DNA of 64,000 nucleotides from positions 1 to 64,000 of IMG/VR virus record IMGVR_UViG_3300044630_003053; one strand, 5' to 3'. The DNA comes from a virus. The notes beneath the pieces were generated by a model. The model saw only the letters and a program-made list of their open reading frames with translations, was not told the DNA's origin and ran no database searches. Positions 61,610 through 64,000 of the stretch are shown here, piece after piece (positions within the stretch are counted from its first letter, which is position 1; each line of letters starts with the position of its first letter). The position numbers and the translations under genes were made by a program.

Positions 61610-62341
61610 ATGACAAAAGACGAAGTAATCTATAACGTACAATTAAGTGACGTTGTATATAAAGACCAAAAAGATATTGACTTCAAATCACTTGGATTAA
61701 CTTCCGTTAAGTGGATTGATGATAAGAAATCAGATACCCAAGGATTTGTTGCCATGAAAGGGAAGTCACTCTATGTGGTCTTCAGAGGAACGTCATCCAA
61801 GAAGGATGCTCAGAATGATGTATCCATCGACAAGGTTCCCTTCATCAATGAGGGTGATAAAGTACATGTTGGATTTAAGTCCTCTTGGGATGCCGTTAAG
61901 AACACCATCCTCAAAGACATCACCAAGATGAGTGGGTATAATAAGATTGTTGTATGTGGTCATAGTCTTGGAGCTGCAGTTGCTACTCTATGTGCTTATA
62001 ATCTTTCCCACGTATTTGAGGATACCACCATTGAATGTTGTACCATAGGAAGTCCAAGGGTCGGTAATAAGACCTTTAAGAACAACTATGACAGTCGTAA
62101 GATTAAAACCCTCAGAATCGTCCATAATAACGACCTGGTGACACGTTCTCCCAACATAGGGTACTATCACGTCAATCACATGTTACGAATCGACCACGAG
62201 GGTAATATTAAGAAATTTATGATTGATTGGGAACGTGCTTGGAATTTCCTTAAATCTATGGTTACCGGAAAGAACATTAAGGACCATATGACCGCTGGTT
62301 ATATGAGTTCATTAAAGAAGTGGTACGATAAACAACCATAA
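61610..62341 (+). CDS. class-3 lipase family protein
   Basis: VVFRGTSS ... CGHSLGAAVATLCAY (GHSLG nucleophile elbow). Confidence 0.75.
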   Translation: MTKDEVIYNVQLSDVVYKDQKDIDFKSLGLTSVKWIDDKKSDTQGFVAMKGKSLYVVFRGTSSKKDAQNDVSIDKVPFINEGDKVHVGFKSSWDAVKNTILKDITKMSGYNKIVVCGHSLGAAVATLCAYNLSHVFEDTTIECCTIGSPRVGNKTFKNNYDSRKIKTLRIVHNNDLVTRSPNIGYYHVNHMLRIDHEGNIKKFMIDWERAWNFLKSMVTGKNIKDHMTAGYMSSLKKWYDKQP

Positions 62342-62342
62342 T

Positions 62343-63296
62343 ATGAAAGTCATTATATCGGAGTCTCAACTAAGGACAATTATTGAACAACAAATTTTTA
62401 AACTTACCACACCCGAGCAAACCCTATTGGGTTTCTTAAATCGTTTCCTTAAAGGAGAAGACGGTGAATTTGAGAAGACACCAGCTGGTCAGTTAAAAAA
62501 GACCATGTTGTTCAATTCTAAGACCATATACCCTATGGTACAGAAGTTAATTGAGAAGAAAACCACCGGTAAGAAAACCTACGACGATAAGACTTTTAAT
62601 TCCCTGTTTATGGCCATGGATAAATCCATCACAAAGGAACAAAGATATATGTTCTTTAAGGAAGGTGAATCCATTACCAATGTGAAATATAACTCGATTT
62701 ACGAGCAGATGAATGATCTGGCCTTCGATAGAAGATACGGGACGGTGGATGCCGCAGAGAAATCTAATAGAGCAAATCGTGAGTTAATTGATGCAATTGG
62801 TGGACCACATAGAGTATTGGAGTTGATGTCCATTGGGTCCATATTCATTCCCGTGGTTGGTCCATTAATATCGATGGGACTTGGGTTTGCCGATTCGGCA
62901 TTATACATGAAAGAAGGTAAGAAGAAGGAAGCTGCGGTTGCTGCAATCTTATCTATATTACCACAGGTTGGTGAGGTGGTTAGTTCCATCCCAGCAGTAA
63001 AACAACTTGGACAGAAGGGGATGCAAGCCCTTGCAAATAAACTTGCCTCTAATATGGAACTTGGGATGCTTGAAAAACGTGCCCTTGAGGATATCCTAAG
63101 AAAGAAATCTATGGTTTATAAAGCCGTTCAGGATTATACAAAGAAAGCGGTTTATAACGGTTCACAGAAACTTGCAAAACTTCCTCCCACTCAGCAGGTA
63201 ATATTAAAGACCGTGGCTGATGGTGGTATTGGACAATTGAAAACAACTGTTAGAACTGCGGCTGTTGGTGGGATTGCAAATACGGTAACAAAATAG
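62343..63296 (+). CDS. hypothetical protein with Gly/Ala-rich hydrophobic C-terminus
   Basis: ORF. Confidence 0.45.
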   Translation: MKVIISESQLRTIIEQQIFKLTTPEQTLLGFLNRFLKGEDGEFEKTPAGQLKKTMLFNSKTIYPMVQKLIEKKTTGKKTYDDKTFNSLFMAMDKSITKEQRYMFFKEGESITNVKYNSIYEQMNDLAFDRRYGTVDAAEKSNRANRELIDAIGGPHRVLELMSIGSIFIPVVGPLISMGLGFADSALYMKEGKKKEAAVAAILSILPQVGEVVSSIPAVKQLGQKGMQALANKLASNMELGMLEKRALEDILRKKSMVYKAVQDYTKKAVYNGSQKLAKLPPTQQVILKTVADGGIGQLKTTVRTAAVGGIANTVTK

Positions 63297-63404
63297 AACT
63301 CGTACAGTCCTTTTCACAGTTTTTGTACTCCGGTACCCCCGTTCGCGATTTGTGTCCCTTTAATTTTGTGTCCCTTACTTATTTTGGGATATTTATATGT
63401 GTAT

Positions 63405-64000
63405 ATGAAATTATTTGACATTATATTGGAAAATATTGACCTTGATGAAGGTGGGGTTCCACCAAAACCAATTGAAGATTGGTTAAAAGACTTTAAATCT
63501 AAGTTTCCTAATTGGGATTATAGTAAGGCGGAATTTTTTAAAGACGAAAAACAGTTGAAAATAAAGAATGTTTATTGTACAATACATAAACATTTTTTCC
63601 CTGAAAAAGGTAGAATAGATGGGATACGTTGTGCACATCATATAAATGGAACCGGTTGTAGTGATTGTAGAAGCGAATCACAATCTAAAAAAACAACTGA
63701 AAGATTAACAAAATCGGAAGATCAATGGAGACAAGATTTATCTAAAATTAAACATCTAAAAAATAAATGTGATTTTAGTAAAACAAAATTTTTATTTGTT
63801 GAACCATTGAAAAATGGTCCATTAGTTACAAATACTTACTGTAAAATACATAAGAAATATTTTAATGGAGGTGTTAATGACAGAGGAGTTAGAGCGGGTC
63901 AATTTGCACAACAAGAAAATACTTGTCCAGATTGTATGAAAGATGATCGTTTTGTTAGTTATACAACATCTTTTGAAGATTGGATTAAGATATTTAAATC
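63405..64000 (+). CDS. Cys/His-repeat protein, paralog of the 59302 N-terminus (3' truncated by window end)
   Basis: VYCTIHKHFF...RCAHH..GTGCSDC and TYCKIHKKYF...CPDC repeats. Confidence 0.4.
   Translation, partial: MKLFDIILENIDLDEGGVPPKPIEDWLKDFKSKFPNWDYSKAEFFKDEKQLKIKNVYCTIHKHFFPEKGRIDGIRCAHHINGTGCSDCRSESQSKKTTERLTKSEDQWRQDLSKIKHLKNKCDFSKTKFLFVEPLKNGPLVTNTYCKIHKKYFNGGVNDRGVRAGQFAQQENTCPDCMKDDRFVSYTTSFEDWIKIFK

Noticed and set aside
1-64000. tRNA or rRNA genes
   Set aside because: No cloverleaf-like conserved segments (GTTC..A/T-loop with matching acceptor stems) were found in the larger gaps, though small RNAs could be missed by eye.

Overview
AT-rich, densely packed phage-like DNA: about 110 short genes, no rRNA, and no tRNA found by eye. 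Many genes are preceded by TTTG...(about 20 nt)...TAnnTTTG promoter-like elements, often within a few nt of the ATG, which points to a Bacteroidetes-type host; most genes also end in a hairpin plus T-run terminator. Layout: plus-strand block 0.6-39.7 kb, minus-strand block 40.5-57.8 kb, plus-strand block again from 58.2 kb. Recognisable products: ThyA, NlpC/P60 peptidase, two C5-cytosine DNA methyltransferases and one DPPF-motif methyltransferase, an IscU+IscA pair, AdoMet decarboxylase, hotdog thioesterase, HAD nucleotidases, metallophosphoesterases, RmlC, SPFH protein, 3D-domain and PG-binding lysins, a DnaA domain-IV-like HTH protein, an LpxH-like/GT2/sulfotransferase-like envelope-modification cluster, GIY-YIG and HNH endonucleases, a tail-collar protein and a class-3 lipase. 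Most striking: a 455-aa TnpB/Cas12f-like RuvC nuclease (38325-39692) sits directly downstream of a mini CRISPR-like array (37986-38270: three 36-nt repeats, 29-30-nt spacers, then decaying repeat fragments). It is followed by an 870-bp hairpin-rich non-coding region at the strand switch. The 40.5-57.8 kb minus block is a cassette array of small genes, each with its own host-like promoter and terminator, separated by about 60 copies of a hairpin-forming TTACTGGG/CCCAGTAA repeat.
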